A DNA stretch of 64,000 nucleotides from Octopus vulgaris (GCA_951406725.2 OX597818.1:22692001-22756000); one strand, 5' to 3'. Numbered from the stretch's first letter, positions 41,915 through 55,299 are shown. Notes: generated from the sequence alone by a model not told the origin. Numbers and translations: made by a program.

Positions 41915-42325
41915 CTGTTTCAGTCATTAGACTGCGGCCATGCTGGAGCACCGCCTTGAACAATTTTTTAGTCGAATGAATCGACCCCAGTACTTTTTTT
42001 AAAGCCTGATACTTATTCTATCGATCTGTCTTGCCAAACCGCTTGATTACGGGGATACAAACACACCAACACCAGTTGCCAAGCGGTGGTGGCGGCGGAC
42101 AAACACAGACACAAAAACACACACGCACGTACGCACGCATGCACGCACACACACATACACACACATATACACATACATACACAACGGGCTTTTTTCAGTT
42201 TTCCGTCTACCAAATCCACTCACAAGGCTTTGGGTGACCCGAGAGTATAAAAGACATTTGCCCAAGGTGCCACGCAGTGGGAATCAACCTATAACCACGT
42301 GGCTGGGGAGCAAGCTTCTTACCAG
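41915..42325 (-). mobile_element. SINE family A
   Basis: gtttcagtcattagactgcggccatgctggagcaccgcc...cccaaggtgccacgcagtggga. Confidence 0.88.
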
Positions 42326-42629
42326 ACATCTACAAGATTTAAGAATAAAAGAGAAAAAAACACGGTTGAGATTAGGTATATTACTTTCCAACCCCCTTCA
42401 TCGACAACCGGTGACTGCCGTACGCAGAAGACAGGCAAATACCTAGAAACTGCAGTCCGTGCGTGTCACCTAGGTTGACGAGGGAGGGATGACCTCCCTT
42501 TGCAAATACCATAAGGGCACAGAAGGTGTGCCTAAAGCCAGCTGAAGACGATGATCTCCTGGGGCTACAAGCTACAGTAACACCCACCCTTAGTGGTTAG
42601 CCATATTGAGATGGCTAGTATACCTTACA

Positions 42630-42797
42630 TTTCCAACGATATTTTACTCGAAATATGGGTATTCTGGGGGCTAGTAGACTATATTACTCCCAGCTTTATT
42701 TTATGAATATCGGTAGAATGACAGACAAAGTAGAATTGGGTAGGATTTGAGCTCAGAACATTAGAAGAGCATAAATAAATACAACAAAGGTTATGCG
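42630..42797 (-). repeat. Diverged SINE B-derived segment, duplicated in inverted orientation at 44782-44948
   Basis: Near-identical reverse complements over ~167 bp. Confidence 0.85.
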
Positions 42798-43498
42798 AGC
42801 TACCAAAAATATATCTATATACAAATTCTTCTACATGTAGAATTTATGGCCTCTTATGTCGTTGATGACAGATAAGCGTTCTACAATTTCTTGTTGAACA
42901 AACTGCTCAGATGATTTGTTTATAGTAGTTTGTAGTGATTAAATAGTTGTACTGTATATTCATGTCTGTTAAGTTCATCGTCATCAACTCACCCCAGGGA
43001 AAGTTCTCCGTCATCAATTCACCTTTTCTTTTTTGTTTTCAGTAAAATAGTTCTTAACTATTTTCGGTGAGATATTATGGATATATTTTCTCTGTAAGCT
43101 TTCCTCACAGTGAACTTTCCTCGCGGTGAATTGACGGCGGTGAACTTGCCCCGTAATCCTGTTCATTAGCTCACTTCCTCCATCAGATCGACGGTGTCTG
43201 AATAGATGCACGGTGTGTCACACGTCAGATGTCGAAGTGATCGCATTGTAAAACGTAAAATGAAGCGTTTTGCTGAAGAACACAATGCACCTCCTGGTCC
43301 AGGAGTCGAAACCGCAATCTCCCGATCGTGAGAGCAACACTCTAACTACTAGAGCACGGGCCTTCACTAATGGTAGGGTTACAGTTTCTGGAAATCGCAA
43401 CGACTTTCCTCAATGTCCTAAGATTAATGACATTTCATCCAACGTCTAAAGTACATTACGGTACCACATTATCTTGTATGATTGTCTTTTATTTTAGA

Positions 43499-44028
43499 CT
43501 AGCTTAAAAGCTGCATTCCGTGCTGACTTTTAGGCTAGCTCCCGCGCAGGGCTAATTAAGCCTGCGGACCAAAACTAAAGAGAGCTAAATAACATGACTA
43601 TAATATTTCTATAATGACTATATACCCCGGTGGGGTTTGATAAGAGGTTAAGGACGGATGGGAATTAATTTTGTAATGCAATCATTCTATTGTTCCAGTC
43701 CCTGGCCAATTTGTCCCAAAGTTCTTATCACGGTGTAAAATTAACGAAACGAATGTCATTTATCTCCCTCCTTGATATCTAACGTCATCTGACAAATGCC
43801 AACTAAGATAGCGTGAATCACCCAAGCTTTGCCTGCTAGAAATAGTAGCCCAAATGCTTTTAAATCATATCCCAATTCTGGATGTTCAAGAACTAAATGA
43901 AGGGCAGATTTTCAATCCCGGGATCATCCTGATTCCAAAATGGTATAATATGTCTATGTAGAGCAAATGTAGACTGAAGTACAGGGGTTCCAGACGGACA
44001 GACACAATTTCGCTTTTATTAATATAGA
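43499..44028 (-). mobile_element. Possible non-autonomous Helitron
   Basis: Minus strand starts A|TCTATATTAATAAAAGCGAAATTGTGTCTGTCCGTCTG; candidate CTAG|T end at 43499 with only a weak hairpin. Confidence 0.4.
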
Positions 44029-44442
44029 TGTACCTTACGAATGTGAGTCAACAACATAACCATTAAGCCACGCGCCTTCTACGACCGTTAAACTAAGCTT
44101 CTCTTATAAGGTCTAATAACACCAAAATATGTCCGCAGTTGTCACCGTTTTGCTAAAGGTTAAAATTATTCCTCCAGCGCAGTCTAGCTTCTTTTACTTG
44201 TCTCAGTTATTAACCTGCGGTCATGCTAGGGCATTCACGTTAAATGGTTTAGTCGAATAAACTGATACCAGAACTGTTTTTTTTTCAAAACTATGGTACT
44301 TATTCTATCGTTATCGTTTCCTTTTGCCGGACAGCTAAGTTACGGTGGTGTAACTTGACGGTTGTCGAATGGTAAGGGGGATGGGTGACAACAACAACAA
44401 CATAAAAACATAAAGATAAACACACAAATACATACATAAATT

Positions 44443-44485
<43 letters not shown>

Positions 44486-44518
44486 ATAATATGTGTACAT
44501 ACATATATACACACACAA

Positions 44519-44549
<31 letters not shown>

Positions 44550-45652
44550 AATATATATCGATCTGTGTGTGTGTGTGTGTGAATCATCATGAAAATTGTT
44601 CAAACTGAAGTCCTTCTTGAGCGACACATTTTTCCATTCGAGTCAATACAGAATTACATACATTGTTTATGGAATATATATATGACGATCACCCTCGTAA
44701 TATATATATGGAATATATATATATATTTATGGAATATATATATGACGATATATATTTATGGAATATATATATGACGATCACCGCATAACCTTTGTTGTAT
44801 TTATTTATGCTCTTCTAATGTTCTGAGCTCAAACCTACCCAATTCTACTTTGTCTGTCATGCTACCGATATTCATAAAATAAAGCTGGGAGTAATATAAT
44901 CTACTAGCCCCCAGAATAGTCATATTTCGAGTAAAATATCGTTGGAAAGTAATTTTTTCCCAAAATTCGCCAACAAGGCTATAGTAGAAGATACCAGCCT
45001 ACGGTGCCACGAAACTACCTGGTTGCAAAACAAGTTTCTTAACCACAGAGCCATGCCCACACGTATAGTTACTTAATTTTATTTTGTTAAAATTTCTGAG
45101 TTATACTCCCTTTCTTTTTATTTGCCTAAACTTAGTCATTTAGTAAATGGTTGTTTTCCTCATTAAGGGTGCAATTTCAATTAAATGAAATTATTTTGAT
45201 TGACTAAAATAAAATATACCAGCACAGGAACTACAATTCAGTTTTCATGCAGCAGGCGTCCATGTTTTCTTTTCTTTCCCTTTTTTTTACTGTCAGTTTT
45301 ATTATGCAAAACGGATATTGTTACAATTGTTACTGCTAACTTTCTTTCCCGCCGACTAACTTGAGCACACACGCACGCGACACTAGAAAGTTATCCCTGC
45401 CCCATTCGTTAGTGATACCCGCTTCGTTCCTACAACGCATGTAGCCAAAATTCCACACACACACACACTCACAGATTTATGTCACACGAGGCTAAATGTC
45501 ACACGAATGGATGAATGAATGCCAGAGTGAAATATGATAAGGAACGATGACAAGTAGACGCAGATTGACACATGCATACATGGATACATACATACATACA
45601 TACATACATACATACATACATACATACATACATACATACATACATACATACA

Positions 45653-45738
<86 letters not shown>

Positions 45739-45833
45739 CAAGAGCTAAGGAATGGAATAGATATCCGGGCTACATGTTTCATAAGTGTGTGTGAGTGTCT
45801 GTCTGTCTATCTGTCTGTCTGTCTGTCTGTCTA

Positions 45834-45900
<67 letters not shown>

Positions 45901-45963
45901 GTATGTATATATATATATGTGTGTGTGTATGTCTGAATGTATGTATGTATTTGTGTGTGTATA

Positions 45964-46176
45964 TAGGGTTGGCCCAAAACCGCCTGGTAATAAATCAAAA
46001 CCATTTAATTCCAAGATTTATTTATGCTTAACAATTGAATGAATTTAAGCATCATGAAAATTGTTCAAACTGTAGTCCTTTTTGGGCGACACATTTTTCC
46101 ATTCGAATCAATACAGAATTACTTATATTATTTATAGAATATTTATTTACTGTCGGGTGACTTTTGGCCAACCCTG
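45964..46176. mobile_element. Tc1/mariner-type MITE
   Basis: Imperfect TIRs tagggttggcccaaaaccgcctg / cgggtgacttttggccaaccctg; interior also present at 44585-44675. Confidence 0.75.
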
Positions 46177-46177
46177 C

Positions 46178-46212
<35 letters not shown>

Positions 46213-46499
46213 TATGAATGTCTATGTATATCTATATATGTATACACACATGTTTTTAACTCATCAATCTCCATACTTCATTTTTTACATACCTTTATAT
46301 TTTTTCGATAGTCATGTTTTCTATATACAAATGCCTCCCCAAATAAAATTAGACGCCATATTTGAAGCTCCAACATGTCTTCTACACTCATATGTTATTT
46401 TTATGCCTTTGAAATTAAGTGGAAACGCTTGGCTAAGTGGTTACCGTGTTGGATTCATTACCGGCTGCCAAACTACTACGGTGGGACAAATATATAGAT

Positions 46500-46649
46500 A
46501 TTCTATTCTTTTTTCTTTTTCCTCTTAATCCTTTCTGTCGAAGATCGTAGTCTTGAAACGTAAAAGACTTTTCCATTCTTCCCGGGGCGTTAAATACACC
46601 TGTTTGTTGTTCCTACACCTGTCTTCGCCTTTTGTTCACTGTAAATTTG

Positions 46650-46655
<6 letters not shown>
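46500..46655 (+). mobile_element. Short hammerhead-bearing element, unit 1 of tandem trio
   Basis: CTTT-CTGTCGA-AGA-tcgtag-TCT-t-GAAA-CG-TA-AAAG at 46531-46566; followed by (TA)n. Confidence 0.6.
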
Positions 46656-46689
<34 letters not shown>

Positions 46690-46694
<5 letters not shown>

Positions 46695-46905
46695 GCCATT
46701 CAATATGTGACCGCGTGTGTACCGTTGGTGATTTTTTTCCTCCGTTTTCCCTTCTCTGGATCTTTCCTTTTCCTATGTTTCTGACGAAGAGCTCCGCTCG
46801 AAACGTTAAACCCTCCTTCTTCCCTTCCTTCCTGAGCGTCCAATAATACTATATTTATTCCACGTCCTCGCGTTGTTGTGTTTTCATGTTGGGATTAACT
46901 TTATA
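46690..46905 (+). mobile_element. Short hammerhead-bearing element, unit 2; near-identical copy at 50300-50505 (-)
   Basis: Flanked by (TA)n on both sides; non-coding. Confidence 0.8.
46777..46811 (+). ncRNA. Minimal type I hammerhead ribozyme motif
   Basis: GTTT-CTGACGA-a-GAGC-tcc-GCTC-GAAA-CG-TT-AAAC; identical at 50404-50438 (-). Confidence 0.75.
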
Positions 46906-46924
46906 TATATATATATATATATAA

Positions 46925-47115
46925 TGTAATTACGCATGTACTGTTGGTGATTTCGTTTCCATCTTTGGACTTTTCCTTTTCTTTCCTATAGATGAGAAGC
47001 TATGTTCGAAACGTCCTTTCACCGAGCGTTAAGCTAATACTTTTCTTGTGTACATTCTCACGTTCGTTTTTTTTTTTGGTTTCGCTTTTTATTCGTTTAT
47101 TTGAATTGACTATAT
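46925..47115 (+). mobile_element. Short hammerhead-bearing element, unit 3 (decayed)
   Basis: gtactgttggtgattt...tttcctata-GATGAg-AAGC-tat-GTTC-GAAACGTC...gagcgttaa parallels unit 2. Confidence 0.55.
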
Positions 47116-47119
47116 GACA

Positions 47120-47275
47120 GTATTCTATCAGTTTCTGTCTACCAAGTCCATTCAGAATGCTTTGGTCAACCTGACGCTATAGTAGAAGACACTTTCCCAA
47201 AGTGCCACGCAGTGGGACAGAATCCGGGGGACCATGTCGTTGAGAAACAGACTTCTCACAACACAGCCAGCCATA
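47120..47275 (-). mobile_element. SINE family A 5' part
   Basis: gctatagtagaagacactttcccaaagtgccacgcagtgggac. Confidence 0.8.
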
Positions 47276-47394
47276 AACCCAACTCTTTTGAGCGTTGTAT
47301 TTCGTCCCTTGATATTGTCCTCAATGTCTTCGACGCTTGTGACCAAGAAAAAAATCCTTATTGTTATTATATAAAGAATATTAATATGATGCAA

Positions 47395-47464
47395 TTCCAC
47401 TGACCCGTTTCGATGTTTTACGATTTACGGTAGCGCAGTTATATCAAAACTTCGTCAGTGAACT
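47395..47464 (-). ncRNA. Hammerhead-like motif (decayed)
   Basis: CTGACGA-a-GTTTT...AAAAC-atc-GAAA-CGGG-TC-AGTGGAA; stem I out of register. Confidence 0.45.
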
Positions 47465-47791
47465 CGAATCTGTTAATGAAGACAAGTTCACGGCTATCAT
47501 CCAAAATTGACATTGAATGAAAATGGAGGCTGAGAAAAAGGAAAAAAAGCTTGTACGGTCCAACGGTGCAGAGACTGGAAGTGTGCAACGGTGTAGAGAG
47601 TGAAAGGAGGCAATAAGAAAAGAGTGGAAAGAGAGTTAGTGGATGTCTACCGTGTATTATACAATATTAAAACGATTATATGGAACTGCTATAAAAAGAA
47701 AAGAAAAGCTACACTTCTACTGGTGTTTCGACTCCAAGTTGAATTCGGGGTCCTGCTGAGCCCAAGATTAACAACTAACACACACACGCAT

Positions 47792-47864
<73 letters not shown>

Positions 47865-48545
47865 TACCCACATACACACTTCCATACATGTATATACACT
47901 GCATATGTTTTTTCGAAATTAATGCTTGAACTTGAAGAGAAAGACAATTAGAGAGAGAGAGGGGGAGAGAGGGAGAGAGGGAGAGAAGGAGAGAGAGATT
48001 AAGTGCAAGAGTGAGTGAGAGGGAGAAAGTGGAGGGTGGTGGGTGAAAAGAAGCAGCTGGACAAAGTTCGTACAAAAGAAAATGTGAAACAGATTACTAA
48101 CAAAAAAAAAAAGAAGAAATAGGAGGGAGAATTTGCATATGAAACTGAGAGAGTGAAGGTAAATGTTTGATAACTCGGAGATAGAGAAAGAGATAGCGTT
48201 GAGAGAAAGAAAAATAGAGAGCGAGACGAAGGTAGAGAGAGATAGGGAGGGAGCGAAGATAGTGAAACAGAAAGAGATGATAATGAAACAGCAAGAGAAT
48301 GTTCTCGGAAAGAATTTGTAAGCCCCAGAGACGAACAATGAGCGATGTTCACGAGAGCGAAAGATAGATACTGAATGAGAGAACGGTTCGAGAGCCATAT
48401 ATATATATATATGATGGGAAAGAAAAAGTTTTTCAATAAACTTTTATTGAAATGAATATTAGAGACGTGTTGGATACCGTTGAAAGAGGAAAAAGATTCC
48501 GAAATACTGGCCAGGAGACTGCACAGGGCGAGAGAGAGAGAGAGA

Positions 48546-48649
<104 letters not shown>

Positions 48650-48655
48650 CGCGTG

Positions 48656-48687
<32 letters not shown>

Positions 48688-49063
48688 TACTCACATACAC
48701 ACACAAAAAGAGTACACAAATGGTTAAATAAGAAAGTGGGAACTAGTAAGAAAGCAAGAGAAATACTGTGAGTGAGACATGTACAAAAAATGGGAAAGAA
48801 AACCTCTAATGGTGGAAAATAAGGAAAGAGAATATAGATATAAGAGAGGAATTATACCACCTACAAAAATAGAGAGAGAAAGAGAGAGAGTGATAGATAA
48901 ATAGATAGATAGATCGGGAGACAGTGAGAGAGAAAAGGGGGGGTAGAGAGAGAAAGTGAGAAAGGAGAAGAGTAAAAGAAAATAAAGACAGAATAAACGA
49001 ATTAACGAAACTGAATATAAAGACATCTCGGTATATGTGGATTCTATATTCTGTCTGTGTCCA

Positions 49064-49112
<49 letters not shown>

Positions 49113-49225
49113 ATGTGTGTGTGTGAATGTGTGTGTGCATGTGTGTATGTGTGTGTGTGTGTTAAAATGAGACAACAAAGCCAAGGGTGTGTAGAATTTT
49201 CAGCACATTTATAAAGAGAAAGTTA

Positions 49226-49273
49226 GTCTTACAGCTGTTTCTGGGAGATTAGGGATATCCCTTCATCAGGGAC
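49226..49273 (-). ncRNA. Minimal hammerhead-like motif
   Basis: GTCc-CTGATGA-a-GGGA..TCCC-a-GAAA-CAGCTG-TA-aGAC; related tail at 63115-63165. Confidence 0.65.
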
Positions 49274-49274
49274 A

Positions 49275-49317
<43 letters not shown>

Positions 49318-49367
49318 AAAGAAGTTTGAAAACGCCACTATATAAGATAAATTTTAATTGTCTTAGA

Positions 49368-49417
49368 GATTTTACATGTTTCGGTTCTTCTTGAAAAAAC
49401 GAACCTTATCAAAAATA
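49368..49417 (-). ncRNA. Decayed hammerhead-like motif
   Basis: TTT-tTGATAA-GGTTC...GAACC-GAAA-CATG-TA-AAA; core carries two transitions. Confidence 0.5.
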
Positions 49418-50163
49418 TTTTTAAAAGTTAAGTGTAATAAAAAAGTTCATAATTGTTTCTTACTAGTCTCAACAGACTCCACGTTGTGGTGGGGAGCATA
49501 ATGTCTGTCTTGTGCGTTGACTAGAATCGTTGGCTGTAATCGAGAGAGAGAAAATGAAAAAGACCGAAGGGAGACCGACTAATACACATTACATACACAA
49601 GTATACGCTCAAACACGCAGCCAAAGACGCACAAACACATACGTATAACCAAAGATGTACGCGGACTGGTGTTTACAACTGTAGTGATATATGAAATTTT
49701 TTGTCCAACAGTTAATGAAGAAACTATTTTACTTTATTACAGAAATCCCAAGAAAATATTCTCAGACATTTTAATAGCAACAGACTATAATTATAAAAAT
49801 ACCGTGTTTATAAATTTATTCTGTTGGCATATGTATGATTATATGTCGAGTAATCATCACTCCTTGTTCATAAATTATAATGTTGTTTAATCTAACATTC
49901 TCTATACAATCACACAGTTGTGTATAAAAATAAATATTTTGTATGAATTTAAGGAGAGTGAAGTGTATGTTTCAGCCTTGAACTCTGAGGTTTCTTACAC
50001 TGAAACTGCCTGGTTGAGACCCACACGAATACGTACAACTCGTAATTATGTACCCAAAGGTCGGACAGTTGTATGTCTGATACCGGCTATTGAACCAGTT
50101 TTTTTATTCTCGACCCCATGTCGATATCGATATATATATATATATATATCAGAATCGGTTGAA

Positions 50164-50296
<133 letters not shown>

Positions 50297-50299
50297 TAT

Positions 50300-50505
50300 A
50301 AAGTTAATCCAAACATGAAAACACAAAGAGAAAACACAACAATGCGAGGACGTGGAACAAATATAGTATTATTGGACGCTCAGGAAGGAAGGGAAGAAGG
50401 AGGGTTTAACGTTTCGAGCGGAGCTCTTCGTCAGAAACATAGGAAAAAGAAAGATCCAGAGAAGGGAAGACGGAGGGAAAAAAATCGCCAACGGTACACA
50501 CGCGA
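50300..50505 (-). mobile_element. Short hammerhead-bearing element in (TA)n
   Basis: Reverse complement of ~46710-46905 with an intact hammerhead motif at 50404-50438. Confidence 0.8.
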
Positions 50506-50539
50506 TATATATATACACATATATATATATATATATATT

Positions 50540-50589
50540 TTTGTCAGTGAGCAGGTCGCGGATTTTAGCGACGAAAATAATTTGACAAA
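50540..50589 (+). ncRNA. Hammerhead-topology motif with variant core
   Basis: TTTGTCA-GTGAGCA-g-GTCGC-ggatttta-GCGAC-GAAA-ATAA-TT-TGACAAA. Confidence 0.45.
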
Positions 50590-50723
50590 TTAAACCTAAA
50601 TGTTGAAGTGAATCGAACGGCTTTTGTGTGTTTCTTAAATGGCTTACAAACACCTTCCACGCTGCAATTGTTTCGTTTCAGCACACGATCTCAGATCAAA
50701 TCACTTGCTATGCGAGTACATCT

Positions 50724-50842
<119 letters not shown>

Positions 50843-51336
50843 CAGATGAATAAGTTGAGGCACCAGAATTTAGTACGGTATTATCCTTACAATTTCAAAG
50901 TAATTTTGTCCATAGAAAATAAGTCTGCTCTCTCCTTTAATGGTGTGTCGACTTTGAAATATTCTTGATTCCTGAGATTAACCGCCCTTCTCATGTGGGG
51001 CTGGTGTTAATTACAATTTGGTTATTATGACACATTCTGCAGGGGTGGAGCTGATCTTAATAAATCAAGGATTTATGTTTTATGATATTTGATATACCTG
51101 TGTTTGTTTATGTTGTGCAAATAGAGCTACTGACCACTCAGAGTTAATTCTCTACGGTAATTTTTGTTTAAGTATACATATATGTGTATGTATACACACA
51201 TTCTCTCTCTTTCACACACACATACACACACGCACACACACACACATACACAAATATACACACATAAACACACGCACTACATATATACTCAGGTAGTTTA
51301 CGAAAGCTTTTAATTATATATAACCAGTAGTTTAAT

Positions 51337-51367
<31 letters not shown>

Positions 51368-51384
51368 CTAGCTAGCTAGCTAGC

Positions 51385-51441
<57 letters not shown>

Positions 51442-51626
51442 GTGTGTGTGGGTGTGTGTGAGCTATTTGTGTGTTATATATGTAACTGTAGTTTCATCTA
51501 CACAGAAGGTGTAGGATGGAGTGGCTGTAATTCGTTGATCCTCTTCAGGGATGTGCCGTAGTCATCGTCTTCATTGATCATAAATAGACAAAACTGTTGG
51601 CTTTAGACAACTCCTGTTTTCTCTAT

Positions 51627-51657
<31 letters not shown>

Positions 51658-51659
51658 TT

Positions 51660-52075
51660 GTTCATTTATCTGACAGTTACCAAGTCTGCATCAAATTTGA
51701 CGTGTGAACTATCATCACTCTGGTCTACCTCCAAAGTTCAGTAATCTCGCTCATAATACTCTTTTAGTACATTAACGACCTAATTGCTGTCACACCGAGC
51801 AACACAAATATCTATGCAGATGATACCGCACTTCCCCCTCCGTATTCTCCTTCGTACAGGCGCCATCACACACAACCAAAACATCCCACTTTAGTGTTAC
51901 AGTAAGGTACTTTGAGAACGTTCTTCAGTGGAGACATGGCAACCTTGTCATTTTCAATGGCACAACGGTTCAATCACTGAATGCGTCGAGAAAACTGTCT
52001 CGTAGCTTCTCCCTTTCTCATAAGGAACAATATGCAGCTAAATACCTCAGAGTCACTATCAATGATAAGCCTCAT
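51660..52075 (+). pseudogene. L2/Jockey-group reverse transcriptase remnant
   Basis: LPPKFSNL...LFLVHINDLIAVTPSNTNIYADDT...QWRHGNLVIFN. Confidence 0.65.
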
Positions 52076-52866
52076 AATTTCTGATAATCTCTCTCTCTCT
52101 TTCTCTTTCTCTCTCTCTCTCTCGTTCTTTCCTTCTCTTATGGTGACATTACATATAATACTGCTATATGTGAAATGCTAATATTATTTTTTTAGCGTCA
52201 AGTTGTACTTCGTCACTGTTCAGTCTAAAAAGGTCAAGTAAGACCCACACCGGACTACAGCTAATCATCCTCTAGACAGTTTCTAAGAAGGCTAGTGAAT
52301 TGACGGGCTTCAACCACAGGCAGATACACTTATTCGAAGGATTCTGAATGTGGTCGCTTGACCTGCTAGAAAAAGCAGTCAAATCTCTCTTAAATTACAC
52401 CTAACTATTTTTCAAAAGACAGGGTCACTGGATAATGTATTCCTAAACGTGTAATGACCGGTAGAAATACAAAGTGGTCATGTCTGGAATGCCTTTGATG
52501 ATGGCCCTACTCGATCTGGATTGAACTGGTGCTAAACAATAACATCAACAACGACACTGTTTCTTCTTTGCGAGTTCTGTCATACAAAACGGTTCGTTAT
52601 CCTCTTAACTAACCAGCTGGATACAAGCTCTACCAGGTCCACTTCTCTCACACGCCTCTCGTTCTCTTGTCATTCTGTTCGAGTTTGTCTGTCGAATGTC
52701 CACTTACGAATATTGAAGCTGAATGCCAACTTCTATCAATCTCACCAAACACGGATACCCTTTTCTGACTAAACGATAGAAAATATACACATCTGTCTGT
52801 CTGTCTATTTGTCCGTCGGTCTGTCGGTCTGTAGGTCGGTCGGGCCGTCTGTCTGCCCGTCTGCCC

Positions 52867-52948
<82 letters not shown>

Positions 52949-53501
52949 TAAACTGTCTGTCTGTCCGTCTGCCTATCTATCTATCTATCTTTCTCACTCT
53001 ATCTGTCTGTCTGTCTGTCTGTTTTGCTTTCTCTTTCTACCCCTCTCTCTATTCTCTTATGGCTGTCCACAGAATTCAACGAAGACTATCTTTTCCTTCA
53101 GATGTAAATTCTATGACCAACTCCTTCCATAATGAAGCCATTGATGACTTTCTAAAAACGAGTATCTACTGCACATATGACCAGAGAATCGTGATTGTTA
53201 CCGCCTAAGCTCTACCTATCGTGTCCCTTCACGAGCAAAGAAACTACGAGTGTGACTGTATACTTCGTCGTCTTAGATGCTGTTGATACGTTGACCACTG
53301 CAACAAAAACGATCTCGCTTTTAGATACATGATCCATGATTCACACTTCAGAAAAATATATTGAAGATTTATAATGGCGGTGAATTTTCACATTTTTCAA
53401 TATCGTTGTCTTCGCAGTGAAAGAGATAAACCCAGTAGCAGGGATGACCAAAGTCGAATGTTACCGTCACCCAGCTTCAGAAAGCTATCCGAAACTCACG
53501 T

Positions 53502-53907
53502 TACTCTTTTACTTGTTTCAGTCATTTGACTGTGGCCATGCTGGAGCACCGCCTTAAGACGAGCAAATCGACCCCAGGACTTATTCTTTGTAAGCCTAGT
53601 ACTTATTCTATTGGTCTCTTTTGCCGAATCGCTAAGTTACGGGGACGTAAACACACCAGCATCGGTTGTCAAGCAATGCTAGGGGGACAAACACAGACAC
53701 ATACATATACACACATAAACATATATACATATATATATGCATATATACGACGGGCTTCTTTCAGTTTCCGCCTACCAAATCCACTCACAAGGCTTTGTTC
53801 GGCCCGAGGCTATAGTAGAAGACACTTGCCCAAGGTGCTACGCAGTGGGACTGAACCCGGAACCATGTGGTTGGTAAGCAAGCTACTTACCACACAGCCA
53901 CTCGCCT
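53502..53907 (-). mobile_element. SINE family A, full length
   Basis: Reverse complement of the family A sequence. Confidence 0.92.
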
Positions 53908-54987
53908 ACTTTATTAGAAACCACTCTAAACTGACCACCATAGTTTGTTTTTCTCTCAGTAGTAGTCTCTTCAAGCTTTGCTTTTCTAATCTCACCAATA
54001 GAGAAGACAGGTGTTTTGCAGAGAGGTTTCCCTCACTACGGATAAGGTGGACTGTGAAGAGTAGTTTGCGGTTGTTTGAACGCTAGTGATTTGGCACGAC
54101 TGTACGTTTTAACGACGGTACGTTTTGGCACTGGAGGCAAATACACCCACACGCATACATGCTTTGACACGCGCTCGCACGCACATACATGTACGTGCAC
54201 GCAGAAATATACACATAGACAGAGAGAGTGAACGAGGGAAAGAAGGAGATATTACAATTTATTAAGTGAACACGATTGATGTAAGCACTTTCCCTCTCCT
54301 CATACACATAAAGAGAAATATGTTGACACACATAAATAGTGAGAGAGAGAGAGAAGGAGGGAGAGAGAGAGAGAGAGAGAAGGAGGGAGAGAGAGAGAGA
54401 AGGGGAGACGAGAGGAAAATTAAAACGAGAGAAATGTTTATAACGTCTGATTTCAGATAAGTCAGCTTCGAATCAGAGACTCCAAAGAGTTGGCGCCGAA
54501 ACGGCTGTGGCAAAACGTCTCAAACCTAGCTTCAACAAAGCTAGGGGTTCATCACTCCTAAAGTGGTCTTTGCGGCGCGCTCGTTCAGCATCCTTGTGCA
54601 ATATTTTAAAATAGTTTTTATCCGTATGCTCGGGTCATCCGCCCTTTTGACAAGTTATATTTTTTCCAGCTGAGTTTCCAGCAACTATCTATCCCAAACC
54701 AGACTTGTCGGGGTGTCACTTCAGTCGCCGACGACACGATGACACGACGACTTCTATGTATGTGTCTGTGTGCGTCCGTGCACACGTACGTGTGATTATC
54801 TACAGACATATACGTCATATATACGCGTAGGCATGGTTGGGAAGTTAATAGTTTTGTGTATACTTCCAGATCGATCAAACTACTCGGTACTTCAGTCGTG
54901 TCTGCAAATGTAGCAGCATGGAATTTGACACACACATGTGTGTGTGTGTATACACGCACATATATATATACATATGTATACATATAT

Positions 54988-55207
54988 CAGGGGCGGGGTG
55001 CTGAAAAGTTATTGACTCTAACGGTATCTCGAAAGGCCTGGTTGGAGACCCAACCTTCTGACTTCTTTTACAGGGCTTAGAAAAACTGAAGGACCGCTGC
55101 AATAAGTGTGTGAATCTGAGACGGGAATAATTTGGATAAAATAAAAATTAACCGATCCTCCTGCATTTTCTTTTACGCGAAACCAGGAGGTTTTCAACAC
55201 CCCCTTG
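54988..55207 (+). mobile_element. Mariner-derived MITE
   Basis: Same family as 62325-62544; interior encodes FTGLRKTEG/GLEKLKDRCNKCVNLR, the mariner C-terminus. Confidence 0.8.
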
Positions 55208-55213
55208 TGTGTG

Positions 55214-55271
<58 letters not shown>

Positions 55272-55299
55272 CATGTATGTATGTACGTATTTCTCCATC

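Noticed and set aside
53526-54086. 186-aa ORF with homologues elsewhere in the window
   Set aside because: Antisense read-through of SINE family A; the similarity reflects repeat copies.
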